A stretch of 64,000 nucleotides of DNA from an uncultured Gemmatimonadaceae bacterium (GCA_963761305.1 CAVXGK010000001.1:1600001-1664000), one strand, 5' to 3'. Positions 1-9,771 are shown, numbered from the stretch's first letter. The notes: generated from the letters alone by a model not told the origin. Made by a program: numbers and translations.

Positions 1-48
1 GAGTTCGAGATTCACCAACGCTGGAATACACTGAAGAGGAATCCAACG

Positions 49-477
49 ATGCCGACACGAGGCGCCAAGGCGCGGTGGGAAGGTGGGCTCAAGGGAGGCA
101 CGGGTACGTTCAGCACGGCGACCGGCCTGAGCGCGAACTATTCGTTCAGCTCGCGGTTCGAGTCCGGAACAGGGTCGAACCCGGAGGAAATGCTCGCCGC
201 CGCGGAAGCCGCGTGCTACAGCATGGCGGTCAGCGGTGCGCTGGAGCGAAACGGCACGCCCGCGACGAGCGTCGACACGTCGGCCAAGTGCACCGTCGAG
301 CGAGTGAACGACGCGTTCACGATCACCAAGATCGAGCTGACGGTGAAGGCCGTCGTCCCGTCCATCGACGACGCGACCTTCCAGAAGATCGCCGCGACGG
401 CGCGCGACAACTGCCCCGTGTCGCGAGCGCTCAAGGGCAACGTGGACATCCAGCTCGTCGCCACGCTCGGGACTTGA
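49..477 (+). CDS. osmC: OsmC family peroxiredoxin
   Basis: A(R/V)WEG-x-K-x-G-x-G N-terminus, YSFSSRFE, GSNPEEMLAAAEAACYSMA (first Cys) and NCPVSRAL (second Cys); GAGGA RBS upstream. Confidence 0.93.
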   Translation: MPTRGAKARWEGGLKGGTGTFSTATGLSANYSFSSRFESGTGSNPEEMLAAAEAACYSMAVSGALERNGTPATSVDTSAKCTVERVNDAFTITKIELTVKAVVPSIDDATFQKIAATARDNCPVSRALKGNVDIQLVATLGT

Positions 478-554
478 CCGTCGTCGCTTGCGACGGCGCG
501 CGTTCGGACGCAGCCTTACGAACATCGTACTCACACCCCCACGACCCAAGTCAT

Positions 555-938
555 ATGTCCACAGCCGCTACGCCGCGCTCCGTCACGTACTACAAATGGG
601 ACGAGCTTCCGCGCGAGACCGTCTCGCCGCTGCTCGACCGCAAGCTCATCACCGGCGACCGGATGATGCTCGCCCACGTCTATCTGAAGAAGGGCTGCGT
701 CGTCCCCAAGCACACGCACGAGAACGAGCAGCTCACGTACATCCTCGAGGGTGCGCTGCGGTTCTGGATCGGCGAAGACGAATCGCAGACGCTGGTCGTG
801 CGCGCCGGTGAAGTGCTGCACATCCCGTCGATGGTGCCGCACAAGGCCGAAGCGCTCGAGGACACGCTCGACGTCGACATCTTCGATCCGCCGCGACAGG
901 ACTGGCTCAACAAGACCGACGCGTATCTGCGGAAATAG
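555..938 (+). CDS. Cupin domain protein
   Basis: C-terminal part of ORF 75..938, started at ATG 555; cupin motifs VPKHTHENEQLTYILEG and GEVLHIPSMVPH. Confidence 0.88.
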   Translation: MSTAATPRSVTYYKWDELPRETVSPLLDRKLITGDRMMLAHVYLKKGCVVPKHTHENEQLTYILEGALRFWIGEDESQTLVVRAGEVLHIPSMVPHKAEALEDTLDVDIFDPPRQDWLNKTDAYLRK

Positions 939-941
939 CCC

Positions 942-1733
942 GTGGATCTCGGGCTCAAGGAAAAAGTCGCGCTCGTCGCCGCGGCGAGCAAAGGATTGGG
1001 TCGCGCCATCGCCGAGGAGCTCGCGGCGGAAGGCGCGACCCTGGTGATCTGCGCGCGCGGACAGGGAACGCTCGACGCCGCGCGCGACGAGATCTCGGCG
1101 AAGACCGGCGCCGACGTGCGAGCGGTCGCCGCCGACGTGTCGCAGCAGGAAGGGATCGCCGCCGTCGCCAACGCGGCGCTCAGCGCGTTCGGACGCGTCG
1201 ACATCCTCGTGACGAATGCCGGCGGACCTCCGGCGGGCATCTTCGAGATGCACGATTGGGACACGTGGCACCGCGCCGTCGACCTCACACTGCGCAGCGC
1301 CGTCGAGCTGACGCGACTCGTGCTGCCCGGCATGCGCGCGCGGAAGTGGGGACGCATCATCCACATTACATCCATCGCGGCGAAACAGCCGGTCGACAAC
1401 CTGATGCTGTCGAACAGCATTCGCTCGGCCGTCACCGGATTTTCGCGCACGCTCGCCAACGAAGTTGCGGCGGACGGCGTCACGGTGAACACGCTGCTGC
1501 CCGGCTACACGCGCACCGAGCGCGTCGAAGAGCTGGCCGACGCGAACGCGAAGAAGGAAGGCACCAACCGCGCGGCGATTCTGGCGCGCTTCGACCGTGA
1601 GATTCCGATGCATCGCCTCGGCGAGCCGCGCGAGTTTGCGGCGCTCGCCGCATTCATCGCGTCGGAGCGCGCGAGCTACATCACCGGCCAGTCGATCGTG
1701 TCCGACGGCGGCTGGATTCGTTCGTTGATGTAG
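942..1733 (+). CDS. Short-chain dehydrogenase/reductase (SDR, FabG-like)
   Basis: AASKGLGRAIA Rossmann motif, DILVTNAGGP, VTVNTLLPG, YITGQSIVSDGG; GTG start 3 nt after the cupin stop. Confidence 0.9.
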   Translation: MDLGLKEKVALVAAASKGLGRAIAEELAAEGATLVICARGQGTLDAARDEISAKTGADVRAVAADVSQQEGIAAVANAALSAFGRVDILVTNAGGPPAGIFEMHDWDTWHRAVDLTLRSAVELTRLVLPGMRARKWGRIIHITSIAAKQPVDNLMLSNSIRSAVTGFSRTLANEVAADGVTVNTLLPGYTRTERVEELADANAKKEGTNRAAILARFDREIPMHRLGEPREFAALAAFIASERASYITGQSIVSDGGWIRSLM

Positions 1734-1755
1734 TCGGGTGTAGTCGGTCGCGCGA

Positions 1756-2244
1756 TCAGCCGAAGTAGCGCGCGGTCCACCCGGACCCCGCCGGCTGCTC
1801 GAAACGGGTGCGCCACGCGGACGCCGCGCTCAACCCGGTGTCGAACACCGGCGTCGTCTCGGCGACCTCGCCGCGCTTCACGCGCTCGACGAATTGGTCG
1901 CGCGACGTCGTTTCGATGCCGGTCGCCGTGCGATAGAACACCCGCCCTCCGCCGACGAGCCGCGAACCGATCGTCCGCTCGAGCTGCTGCAGCGCGCGAA
2001 ACAATCCGTCGATCGAACAGCCCGACGCGTTTTCGGCGTTCACGTCCACGCCAATGGCGAGAAACCGATTGTCGCGCCAATCGCGCGCGCAGACGAGTGG
2101 CACGCCGTGCGCCTTCCATCTGTCGAGAAAATCATCGACCGCGCCGAGCACGGCGTCTTCGGAGTCACCGGAGAGCTCGTGGTCGCTGGCGAAGACCCAG
2201 ATTCGGGCGGAATCCGGCAGTTCGGCGAAAGGGACGATCGGCAT
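1756..2244 (-). CDS. Conserved hypothetical protein
   Basis: MPIVPFAELPDSARIWVF...WKAHG...ASGCSIDGL; coherent protein-like ORF; start moved to ATG 2244. Confidence 0.7.
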   Translation of the reverse strand: MPIVPFAELPDSARIWVFASDHELSGDSEDAVLGAVDDFLDRWKAHGVPLVCARDWRDNRFLAIGVDVNAENASGCSIDGLFRALQQLERTIGSRLVGGGRVFYRTATGIETTSRDQFVERVKRGEVAETTPVFDTGLSAASAWRTRFEQPAGSGWTARYFG

Positions 2245-2296
2245 CGTAGAGCGAAAGATAGGCGAGGGCGAACCACTCGGCTCGCTTACGGCGCCT

Positions 2297-3196
2297 TCAC
2301 GACGTTGGAGTAGCGATTCTCCGCCGGCACACAACGATCGTGATGTTGTCCGACCCTCCGCGGTCGAGCGCCATTTCGAGCAGCGATTTGCACACGTCTT
2401 CCGACGCCGGGTTGGCTGCGATCGCCGCGCCGATCTCGTCGTCGGACACGTGCTTCGTGAGACCGTCGCTGCAAAACAGGAGCACCGAGCCGAAGCGATC
2501 GATCCGCACGCGCGTGACGTCCGGAACCGCTTCCTCCGCTTCGCCGCCGACCGCGCGCGAGAGTACGTGCCGGTAGGGCGACGACGCGAGACGTTCGCGG
2601 GGCATCACGCCCTGGTCCACGAGCTCCTGCGCCACGGTCTGATCGCGCGTCACCTGCGTGAGCGTCCCGTTCCACCAGTAGTAGGCGCGGCTGTCGCCCA
2701 GCTGCACGACGTAGAGCCAGGGCCAGACCACGATGCCGAGCGTGAGGGTCGTGGCCATCGGCTTCGGGTCCGATCGAAGCTTGGCTGCCGCCCGCACCGC
2801 GTGGTGCGCGTCGAGGACCGCGCTGCGGAGCGATTCGAGAAAGACATCTTCTTCTTTCGAGCCGGCGTCGTGGTACGACTCCAGCGTCGAGGAGACGTAG
2901 TGCATGATCGTCTCCGTCGTGATCCGCGACGCCTGGCCGCCGTCGGCGTTGCCGCCCACACCGTCGGCCACGAGCACGATCGTCGCCCTCCACTCGCCGC
3001 GAAGGGGAAGCTGCTGGACGTCGGGAAGGCTCGTCGCGTGGACGATGACCTCGGGGTGCACCGTGCACGCCAGGAAGTGGTCCTCGTTCTCGACGCGCTT
3101 TTTCCCGGGATGGGTCAGCCCAAAGAGGTCGATCTCGTCGTCTCGGACACGCTGGCTCTGATTCGTGTTCGTGGTGAACATCTCGGCGACTTTCAT
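2297..3196 (-). CDS. PP2C-family Ser/Thr protein phosphatase
   Basis: RVENEDH, VADGVGG, GDSRAY, TRDQT, CSDGL, GGSDNIT motifs; GGGAGGGAG RBS before ATG 3196. Confidence 0.92.
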   Translation of the reverse strand: MKVAEMFTTNTNQSQRVRDDEIDLFGLTHPGKKRVENEDHFLACTVHPEVIVHATSLPDVQQLPLRGEWRATIVLVADGVGGNADGGQASRITTETIMHYVSSTLESYHDAGSKEEDVFLESLRSAVLDAHHAVRAAAKLRSDPKPMATTLTLGIVVWPWLYVVQLGDSRAYYWWNGTLTQVTRDQTVAQELVDQGVMPRERLASSPYRHVLSRAVGGEAEEAVPDVTRVRIDRFGSVLLFCSDGLTKHVSDDEIGAAIAANPASEDVCKSLLEMALDRGGSDNITIVVCRRRIATPTS

Positions 3197-3405
3197 CGGC
3201 TCCCTCCCCCGGCGTTCTCTGTCCTGCGGGACGCTACGAGCGTGTCCGGCTCGTCCTAGCATGGTCCGCGCCGCCAGGCGGGGCAAGGCTCTCCGTGAAG
3301 GCTTGTCGCGCGACCGCCGGAGCGCAGCGAAATCCCTTGCGAGCGCGTTGGCGCAGAGGTAGGGATTAGTCTCTCCTCTCTCCCAGACACCCTCGGCCCT
3401 TTCTC

Positions 3406-5277
3406 ATGTCTTCGACCACCTACGATCGCCGCGCGTTCATGGCGTACTTCGGCTCAATCGGTCTCGGGAGCACGCTCTTGCCGGGCGTGCTCTGGGCGCA
3501 GACCCAAACGCCCCAGCAACAAGGCGCCGCGATCACGACGGAGCAGATCGCGGCCGCCGAAGAGGTGGCGGGGCTCAAGTTCTCCGACGAGGAGCGCCAG
3601 ACGATGTCCCGCGACCTCGCGCAGGTGCGGACGGGGCTCGCGCGGTTGCACAGCGAGCCGCTCGACATGAGCATGTTCCCGACGATCGTCTTTGATCCGC
3701 TGCCGACGGGCAAGGAACTGGCGAAGAAGACGAGGGCGCCGACGGTGCGCAGCAAGGTCCCGGTCATGGCGCGCCCCGGCAGCCTCGACGAGCTGGCCTA
3801 CGAGTCCGTGACGACGCTGTCGGATCTGGTGCGCACGCGCAAGGTGAAGCCGTCGGAGCTGACGGACATGTATCTGTCGCGTCTCAAGCGCTACGACACG
3901 CAGCTTCACTTCGTGATCAACCTGACCGAGGACCGCGCGCGTAAACAGGCCGCCGCGCTCGATTCAGAGATTGCTCACGGACACTATCGCGGCGCGCTGC
4001 ACGGCATCCCCTGGGGCGCAAAGGATCTGCTCGCCGTAAAGGACTACCCAACGACGTGGGGAGCCGGCTTGTATCAGGATCAGAAGTTCGACTACGACGC
4101 GACCGTCGTGAAACGCCTCGACGACGCGGGCGCTGTACTCGTCGCCAAGCTCACGCTCGGTTCGCTCGCGCAGGGAGACCGGTGGTGGAAGGAGCGCACT
4201 CGCAACCCATGGAACCCGGAAACGGGATCCAGTGGCTCGTCAGCCGGTCCGGCGTCGGCCACTGCCGCGGGATGCGTCGGTTTCAGCATCGGCTCGGAGA
4301 CGAACGGGTCGATCACGTCGCCGTCGCGCACGTGCGGCGTCGCGGGGTTTCGTCCGTCGTTCGGGCGCGTGCCGCGCTCGGGTGCGATGGCGCTCTCGTG
4401 GACGACCGACAAGCTCGGCCCCATCTGTCGCAGCGCCGAGGATTGCGCGCTGGTGTTCGACGCCATTCACGGACCGGACGGCATCGATCGCTCGATCAAG
4501 GCGTATCCGTTCAACTGGAACGCCAACGAAAAGATTTCGAAACTGAAGATCGCCTACATCAAGGCGGACTTCGAGCGCACGGCAAACGGGACGACGACGC
4601 CGATCGCCGACGCGATGCATTTCCTCGACGTGCTCAAGTCGCTCGGTGCGAACCCCGAACCGATCGACGCGCCGACGCCGAACTACGGATATCTCGACGA
4701 GATCATTCTCCGCTCGGAAGCGGGCGCCGCGTTCCAGGTCGATACGCTCAACAGCAAGATCAAGGAGCTGGAGCCGTACAGCACGTGGCCGAACTACTTC
4801 CGAGCGTCGCAGTTCACCCCGGGCGCCGACTACGTGAACGCGAATCGCATCCGAATGCGCGCCATGGAGCAGATGTGGGAGTTGTTTTCGAAGTATGACG
4901 TCGTCATCACGCCGCGCGAGAACACCTCGGTCACCAACATCACGGGCACGCCGTCGATTGTCGTGCCCACCGGATTCGCCATTCCGCAGGGTCGCGGCGG
5001 ATTCGGCGGTGGCGGTGGCGGTGGGGGTGGGGGTGGGGGTGGAGGCGGCGGCGGGCGTGGCGGTCGGGGCGGCGGCGGCGGGGCTGGGGGAGGCGCTGGT
5101 CGCGGGGACTCAGCCGCGGCCGCCGCGCCGGCGGCACCGCCGCCACCCACCGTTCCACTGCCCACGGCGATGTATGTCATGGGCCCCATCTTTCAGGACG
5201 AGAAAAACCTGCTCGTCGCTCACGCCTTCCAGCAGGCCACAGATTTTCACAAGAAGCGTCCGCCGCAGTTCGCCTGA
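3406..5277 (+). CDS. Amidase-signature family enzyme, Tat-type signal, Gly-rich insertion
   Basis: DRRAF twin-Arg; GIPWGAKD (Lys), GSSGSSAG, GSETNGSI (Ser-cisSer-Lys triad region). Confidence 0.9.
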   Translation: MSSTTYDRRAFMAYFGSIGLGSTLLPGVLWAQTQTPQQQGAAITTEQIAAAEEVAGLKFSDEERQTMSRDLAQVRTGLARLHSEPLDMSMFPTIVFDPLPTGKELAKKTRAPTVRSKVPVMARPGSLDELAYESVTTLSDLVRTRKVKPSELTDMYLSRLKRYDTQLHFVINLTEDRARKQAAALDSEIAHGHYRGALHGIPWGAKDLLAVKDYPTTWGAGLYQDQKFDYDATVVKRLDDAGAVLVAKLTLGSLAQGDRWWKERTRNPWNPETGSSGSSAGPASATAAGCVGFSIGSETNGSITSPSRTCGVAGFRPSFGRVPRSGAMALSWTTDKLGPICRSAEDCALVFDAIHGPDGIDRSIKAYPFNWNANEKISKLKIAYIKADFERTANGTTTPIADAMHFLDVLKSLGANPEPIDAPTPNYGYLDEIILRSEAGAAFQVDTLNSKIKELEPYSTWPNYFRASQFTPGADYVNANRIRMRAMEQMWELFSKYDVVITPRENTSVTNITGTPSIVVPTGFAIPQGRGGFGGGGGGGGGGGGGGGGGRGGRGGGGGAGGGAGRGDSAAAAAPAAPPPPTVPLPTAMYVMGPIFQDEKNLLVAHAFQQATDFHKKRPPQFA

Positions 5278-5336
5278 GAGCTTTACAAGAACGCTACAGC
5301 CCGGGAAAACACTTTCGCGCGACCCGGTGTCTAATT

Positions 5337-5373
5337 GGTCGGCGGCGGGGATGAAACCGCCGCCGACCGTTTT
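5337..5373 (+). terminator. Probable intrinsic terminator
   Basis: 12-bp stem GGTCGGCGGCGG / CCGCCGCCGACC with 8-nt loop followed by GTTTT, downstream of the amidase. Confidence 0.65.
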
Positions 5374-5556
5374 GTGTAGTAGAGGTTTCCCGCGATCGCG
5401 CGCCCTGACCATTTTGCGATGACAGTCTCGACCATCCGCACGGGCACCAAGCGCAACCCATTCAGCACTCGGCCGACGCCGCTGTCGGCGGACTCGATCG
5501 CGCAAACTGGCGAATACACGATCTTCGGCCTCGCCCGCTCGGTCGATGAGTCGGTC

Positions 5557-6648
5557 ATGCGCGAACGCCGCATCAGCTTCACGCTGATCCTGTTCGGCGT
5601 CGCGACGCTGATCGCGATTCTCTATTCCGCCGAGCGATTCGCGTACAGCCGGTTCACCGGCGCACCGATCTCGCTGCGAAGCTTGTTGCCGGCGGAATTG
5701 ATATTCACGTACGCGTGGGCGCTGCTCACGCCGCCGGTGATGTTCGTCGCCAAGCGCTTCCCGGTGTGGGGGCATTCGCCGCACCTGCGCAATTGGGGCG
5801 TTCAAGTCGCGGCCCTGGCGGCCTTCGTCGCCACGCACGCCGCGCTCTGCTCCCTTGTGATGGCGGCGATTTCGCCCGCCACCACGCTCAGCGAGTTCCC
5901 GACGCTGTTCGGCAACACAGTGCTCTCGTGGACGGTCGTGGACGCGATCGTGTTCTGCGCGCTCGTCACTGTGCACCACGCCGTCGTCTACTATCGCGTG
6001 TCGAAGGATCGCGCGCTCCGCGCGTCGCAACTCGAAGCACGGCTCGCCCAGACGCAGCTCCACATGCTGCGCATGCAGCTCCAGCCGCATTTCCTCTTCA
6101 ACACGCTGCATTCGATTTCGGCGCTCATGCACAAGGACGTGCGCCGCGCCGACTCGATGATCGCCGCGTTGAGCGACCTCCTTCGCATGTCGCTCCAGAA
6201 CATCGGTGCGCAGGAAGTGCCGCTCCAGTCGGAGCTCGACTTCCTCCAACGCTACGTCGAGATCATGAGCCTCCGGTTCGGCGATCGGCTCCGCGTGTCG
6301 ATCGACGTCGATCCGGAGACGCGCGACGCGCGCGTGCCGAACCTGTTCCTGCAGCCGCTGGTGGAGAACTCGTTCCGCCACGGATTCGGCGATCTCGGAC
6401 AAGGTTCGGTGGCGATCACCGTGCGGCGCGAGGGCGACATGCTCTGCTGCGACGTCCGCGACGACGGCCGGGGGCTTCGCGCGGGACACAAAGAGGGCAC
6501 CGGCCTGGCGAGCACCCGGCAGCGGCTCGCCCACTTGTACGGCGAGCGACAGACCTTCTCGCTTCGCGGCGCGCCTGGACAGGGTGTCCACGTCACGATG
6601 GCGATTCCGTTTCAACCTTCAGAACCCGACCTCACGGCGGCAGACTGA
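5557..6648 (+). CDS. LytS/YehU-type sensor histidine kinase
   Basis: Membrane N-terminus, LRMQLQPHFLFNTLHSI H-box, LQPLVENSFRHG, DDGRG, GTGL; start 5557 preferred over 5419. Confidence 0.9.
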   Translation: MRERRISFTLILFGVATLIAILYSAERFAYSRFTGAPISLRSLLPAELIFTYAWALLTPPVMFVAKRFPVWGHSPHLRNWGVQVAALAAFVATHAALCSLVMAAISPATTLSEFPTLFGNTVLSWTVVDAIVFCALVTVHHAVVYYRVSKDRALRASQLEARLAQTQLHMLRMQLQPHFLFNTLHSISALMHKDVRRADSMIAALSDLLRMSLQNIGAQEVPLQSELDFLQRYVEIMSLRFGDRLRVSIDVDPETRDARVPNLFLQPLVENSFRHGFGDLGQGSVAITVRREGDMLCCDVRDDGRGLRAGHKEGTGLASTRQRLAHLYGERQTFSLRGAPGQGVHVTMAIPFQPSEPDLTAAD

Positions 6649-7436
6649 TGACTCCTCCTCCCTCGATACCCGACTCCACCAAGATCAGAGTGCTGATCGT
6701 CGACGACGAAGAGCTGGCGCGCGACCGCGTCGCCTCTCTCCTCGCCGAACAACCTGACGTCGAAGTCGTCGGCACGTGCGTCGACGGACCGAGCGCCGTC
6801 GAAGCGATCGAGCGCGAGCGGCCCGATCTCGTCTTCCTCGACGTGCAGATGCCGGGCATGGACGGCTTCGAGGTCGTCGAAAATCTCGAGCGCGAGCACG
6901 TTCCGGCGGTCGTGTTCGTGACCGCGCACGACGCGCACGCGATCCGCGCGTTCGAGATCCACGCCCTCGACTTCCTCCTCAAGCCGTTCGACCAGACGCG
7001 GTTCGAGAAGGCGCTCGAGCGGGCGCGCGCCCAACTGTCACGCGACAAGTCGTCGTCGCTCGACTCGCGGCTCGTGTCGCTGCTCGAGGAACTGCGCGAG
7101 GAGCGGAAATACCCCGAACGCCTGATCGTGAAATCGAGCGGCCGCGTGTTCTTCGTCCGCGCCGAAGACGTCGATTGGGTCGAGGCGGCGGGCAACTACG
7201 TCAAGATTCACTCGAAGAGCGAGGCCCATCTCCTCCGCGAGAGCATGAAGAACATGGAGGCCAAGCTCGATCCCAAGACCTTCGTGCGCATCCATCGCTC
7301 GGCGATCGTGAACATCGATCGCATCAAGGAGCTGGAGCCGTGGTTCCACGGCGAGTACGTCGTGATTCTGCGCGACGGCACGCGCCTCACGGCGAGCCGA
7401 GTGTTCAGCGACCGATTGAGCGCCGCGATCGCGTGA
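6648..7436 (+). CDS. LytTR-family response regulator
   Basis: VLIVDDE, FLDVQMP, FVTAH, LLKPF receiver; FVRIHRSAIVN LytTR; TGATG overlap with the kinase. Confidence 0.93.
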   Translation: MTPPPSIPDSTKIRVLIVDDEELARDRVASLLAEQPDVEVVGTCVDGPSAVEAIERERPDLVFLDVQMPGMDGFEVVENLEREHVPAVVFVTAHDAHAIRAFEIHALDFLLKPFDQTRFEKALERARAQLSRDKSSSLDSRLVSLLEELREERKYPERLIVKSSGRVFFVRAEDVDWVEAAGNYVKIHSKSEAHLLRESMKNMEAKLDPKTFVRIHRSAIVNIDRIKELEPWFHGEYVVILRDGTRLTASRVFSDRLSAAIA

Positions 7437-7441
7437 TCGAA

Positions 7442-8341
7442 CTAGGCGGCCGCGCGCAGGATCGACTGGAGCGCGGTCTCGAGGTTCGGTAGCGAGAACG
7501 CGAAGCCGGTCTGCAGCAGTTTGCGAGGGAGTGCGCGCTGGCTCGCCAGCGCGGCTCCCTTTGCCATTTGTCCGTAGAGCAGCTCGAGCGCGAGCACCGG
7601 AACGGGGAAGATCGCCGGACGGTGCAGCACCGACGCGAGCACGCGCGTGAACTCGGCGTTGTCCACGGGATTCGGCGCCGTGAGGTTGAACGCGCCCCGG
7701 GCGCCGTCCGTGTCGACGAGGAAGCGCAGCGCGCGCACCATGTCGGCGAGCGCGATCCAGCTCATCCAGTGCTTTCCGTCGCCCAAGCGTCCGCCGACGC
7801 CGAGTCGGAAGGGGAGCAGCATTTTGGCGAGCGCGCCGCCGCGCGGGTCGAGCACGATGCCGGTGCGACTGATCGCGACACGAATGCCTGCGTCGCCGGC
7901 CGGCGCGGTGGCCGCTTCCCAGTCCTTGCACACCGACGCGAGAAAGTCGTCGCCGGGGCTGCTCGTCTCGTCGAGCACTTCGCTTCCGCGCACACCGTAG
8001 TAGCCGACCGCCGATCCGCTCACGAGCGCGTTTGGTCGCGGTGACAGCGTCGCCATCGTGCGCGCGATCAGCGATGTCGATTGAACGCGGCTCTCACGAA
8101 TGGCGCGCATCGCATCGCGCGTCCAACGCTGCGCGATGTTCTCACCGGCGAGATTCACTACCGCGTCGACACCGGCGAGGGCTGTCGCGTCGATCTCGTT
8201 GCGTTCCGGGTTCCACGAGACCTCGTTCGGCCCGCGCGCTGCGCGCCGCACGAGACGGCGCACGTGGTGCCCGTCCGCGACCAGCGAACGAACTAGTGCC
8301 GATCCGATCAAACCGGTGGACCCGGTGACGGCGATGCGCAA
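7442..8341 (-). CDS. TIGR01777/YfcH-like NAD-dependent epimerase family protein
   Basis: IAVTGSTGLIG, VVNLAGENI, SAVGYYG, FLASVCKDWE, GGRLGDGKHWMSWI, APNPVDN. Confidence 0.9.
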   Translation of the reverse strand: MRIAVTGSTGLIGSALVRSLVADGHHVRRLVRRAARGPNEVSWNPERNEIDATALAGVDAVVNLAGENIAQRWTRDAMRAIRESRVQSTSLIARTMATLSPRPNALVSGSAVGYYGVRGSEVLDETSSPGDDFLASVCKDWEAATAPAGDAGIRVAISRTGIVLDPRGGALAKMLLPFRLGVGGRLGDGKHWMSWIALADMVRALRFLVDTDGARGAFNLTAPNPVDNAEFTRVLASVLHRPAIFPVPVLALELLYGQMAKGAALASQRALPRKLLQTGFAFSLPNLETALQSILRAAA

Positions 8342-8435
8342 CGGAGATCTCTCGCTCTGGGCTCAGGTCACAGGATAACAGGACCGGCCCTGAGTGGCGT
8401 TCTTGCCGCGCGGCGGTGGCCGCGTCGAGACCGGA

Positions 8436-8618
8436 CTAGTCGGCCGAGTTCAGCTCGGGGCTCGCCGCGAGCGCATCGCCCGCGGCCATCGAGAGCGCGT
8501 CGACTTCGGCATCGTCCGTGTCGTTCAACACGCGCATTTCCTGGATCGCGCGGTCGACGAGCCGCAGGGCGGCGTCCGATTCGTAGAGGAGCTCGTCGCG
8601 ACGAGCGAGCGAGCTCAT
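8436..8618 (-). pseudogene. 60-aa stub, probable N-terminal fragment of a CheZ-like phosphatase
   Basis: Starts 2 nt after the cheY stop. LYESDAALRLVD resembles, from memory, the N-terminus of CheZ-like proteins that follow cheY in Gemmatimonadota. No QFQD(x)xxQ-type catalytic segment, and no remnant seen in the ~95 bp before the next gene. Confidence 0.45.
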
Positions 8619-8620
8619 GA

Positions 8621-8998
8621 TCAGGCCGCGGCGCCGATGCCGGCGAGCACGCGCTCGATCTTTTCCTTGAGTGCGGGCGGCGTGAACGGCTTGTGGATGT
8701 AACTCGTCACGCCCGCGTCCACGCCGGCGACGATCTCTTCACGGGCGCCGCGCGTGGTGACCATCAGAATCGGGAGCGATTTGCCGAGCGGGTGCGAGCG
8801 CACGGCGCGCGTGAACTCCGAGCCGCTCATCTCGGGCATGTTCCAGTCCGTGATGATGAGGTTGACCCCGGAGCCGAGGTGCGTCAGGGCGGAAAGACCG
8901 TCGCCTGCCTCGATGGTATCGGCGTAGCCGATCCGTCGCAGGGCGTTGACGACGATGCGCCGCATCGTCGGAGAGTCGTCGACCACTAGGATTTTCAT
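8621..8998 (-). CDS. cheY: CheY-like single-domain response regulator
   Basis: MKILVVDDSPTMRRIVVNAL, ITDWNMPEMSG (phospho-Asp), LPILMVTT, YIHKPFTP: typical CheY signature. Confidence 0.88.
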   Translation of the reverse strand: MKILVVDDSPTMRRIVVNALRRIGYADTIEAGDGLSALTHLGSGVNLIITDWNMPEMSGSEFTRAVRSHPLGKSLPILMVTTRGAREEIVAGVDAGVTSYIHKPFTPPALKEKIERVLAGIGAAA

Positions 8999-9043
8999 GA
9001 CTACCGACACCCTACCCCGGATCTCGCGTGAAGCGAGCGGCGA

Positions 9044-9346
9044 TTAGAGATCGCCGCTGGACAGCAGCCGACGTGCGATCACTTCAGCCACTTCGCGTGT
9101 GTTGTACGCCCCACTGCGCAGACGACGAGTCACCGCCTCGAGATCGGTCGACTCGAGCACTGCCGACGAAGCGCTGTCGGCGACCTGCTGCTCTACGTCG
9201 GCGATCTCCGCCATTCCATCCAACTGCGGTGCCACCTTGCGCGCCTTCTTGTTCCGCCGCTTGCCGGTCGTGGGGACGGGTGCGTTCACACTCTCGGACA
9301 ACGCGGTGGCACTAATCGGCGCCTGGGTATTCGGATCGATCTGCAC
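9044..9346 (-). CDS. flgM: FlgM-like anti-sigma28 factor
   Basis: C-terminal LEAVTRRLRSGAYNTREVAEVIARRLL fits the FlgM 'I..G.Y......IA..ll' pattern; GGAGG RBS before GTG 9346; sigma28-like promoter upstream. Confidence 0.7.
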   Translation of the reverse strand: MQIDPNTQAPISATALSESVNAPVPTTGKRRNKKARKVAPQLDGMAEIADVEQQVADSASSAVLESTDLEAVTRRLRSGAYNTREVAEVIARRLLSSGDL

Positions 9347-9367
9347 AGCTCTGAGCCTCCGATCTGA

Positions 9368-9394
9368 GTATCGACGAGAGAGGTACGCGGTTGA
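9368..9394 (-). promoter_or_regulatory. Sigma28 (FliA)-type promoter of flgM
   Basis: Minus strand TCAA-N15-GTCGATAC versus consensus TAAA-N15-GCCGATAA. Confidence 0.65.
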
Positions 9395-9439
9395 GGGTGA
9401 CGGCACACATTCGCCGTCGTGCGACGCGATGTTTCAGTT

Positions 9440-9652
9440 CTACACTTCCAGAGCCGGGCGCGAACGGGCCTGACTGCTGACGGTCAACAGCTCACCGGCG
9501 ACGTAGCCGTACAGGCTGGCCAGGCGCGGCGCGACCTTCCCGCCTCGCTTGAAGTCCAGGTCCCGAAGGGCTTCCAGGACCAGGTTCGAAGCGTCCACCA
9601 GACAGCTGTATGGTTCGGCGTCGTCGTGTGTGGCAAGGTGCGAGTCGCTCAT
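9440..9652 (-). pseudogene. fliS: Truncated FliS-like flagellin chaperone (70 aa)
   Basis: NLVLEALRDLDFKRGGKVAPRLASLYGYVAGELL matches the FliS core L..LD...GG..A..L..LY.Y; the N-terminal Y...ASP..L..LY segment and the C-terminal helix are absent. Confidence 0.65.
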
Positions 9653-9659
9653 GCATCTG

Positions 9660-9686
9660 GTATCGGTCCGACTTTCTGACGGGTTA
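9660..9686 (-). promoter_or_regulatory. Sigma28-type promoter of the fliS-like ORF
   Basis: Minus strand TAAC-N15-ACCGATAC; -10 ends 7 nt before ATG 9652 (leaderless geometry). Confidence 0.6.
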
Positions 9687-9771
9687 GCGAGACCCTTGTG
9701 CTGTAAACAGTTGAGCCGTTCGACCCCGGTTTCAGGGGGTCGTCGCGCTTTGCGAGGACGTTCTGACTTCA

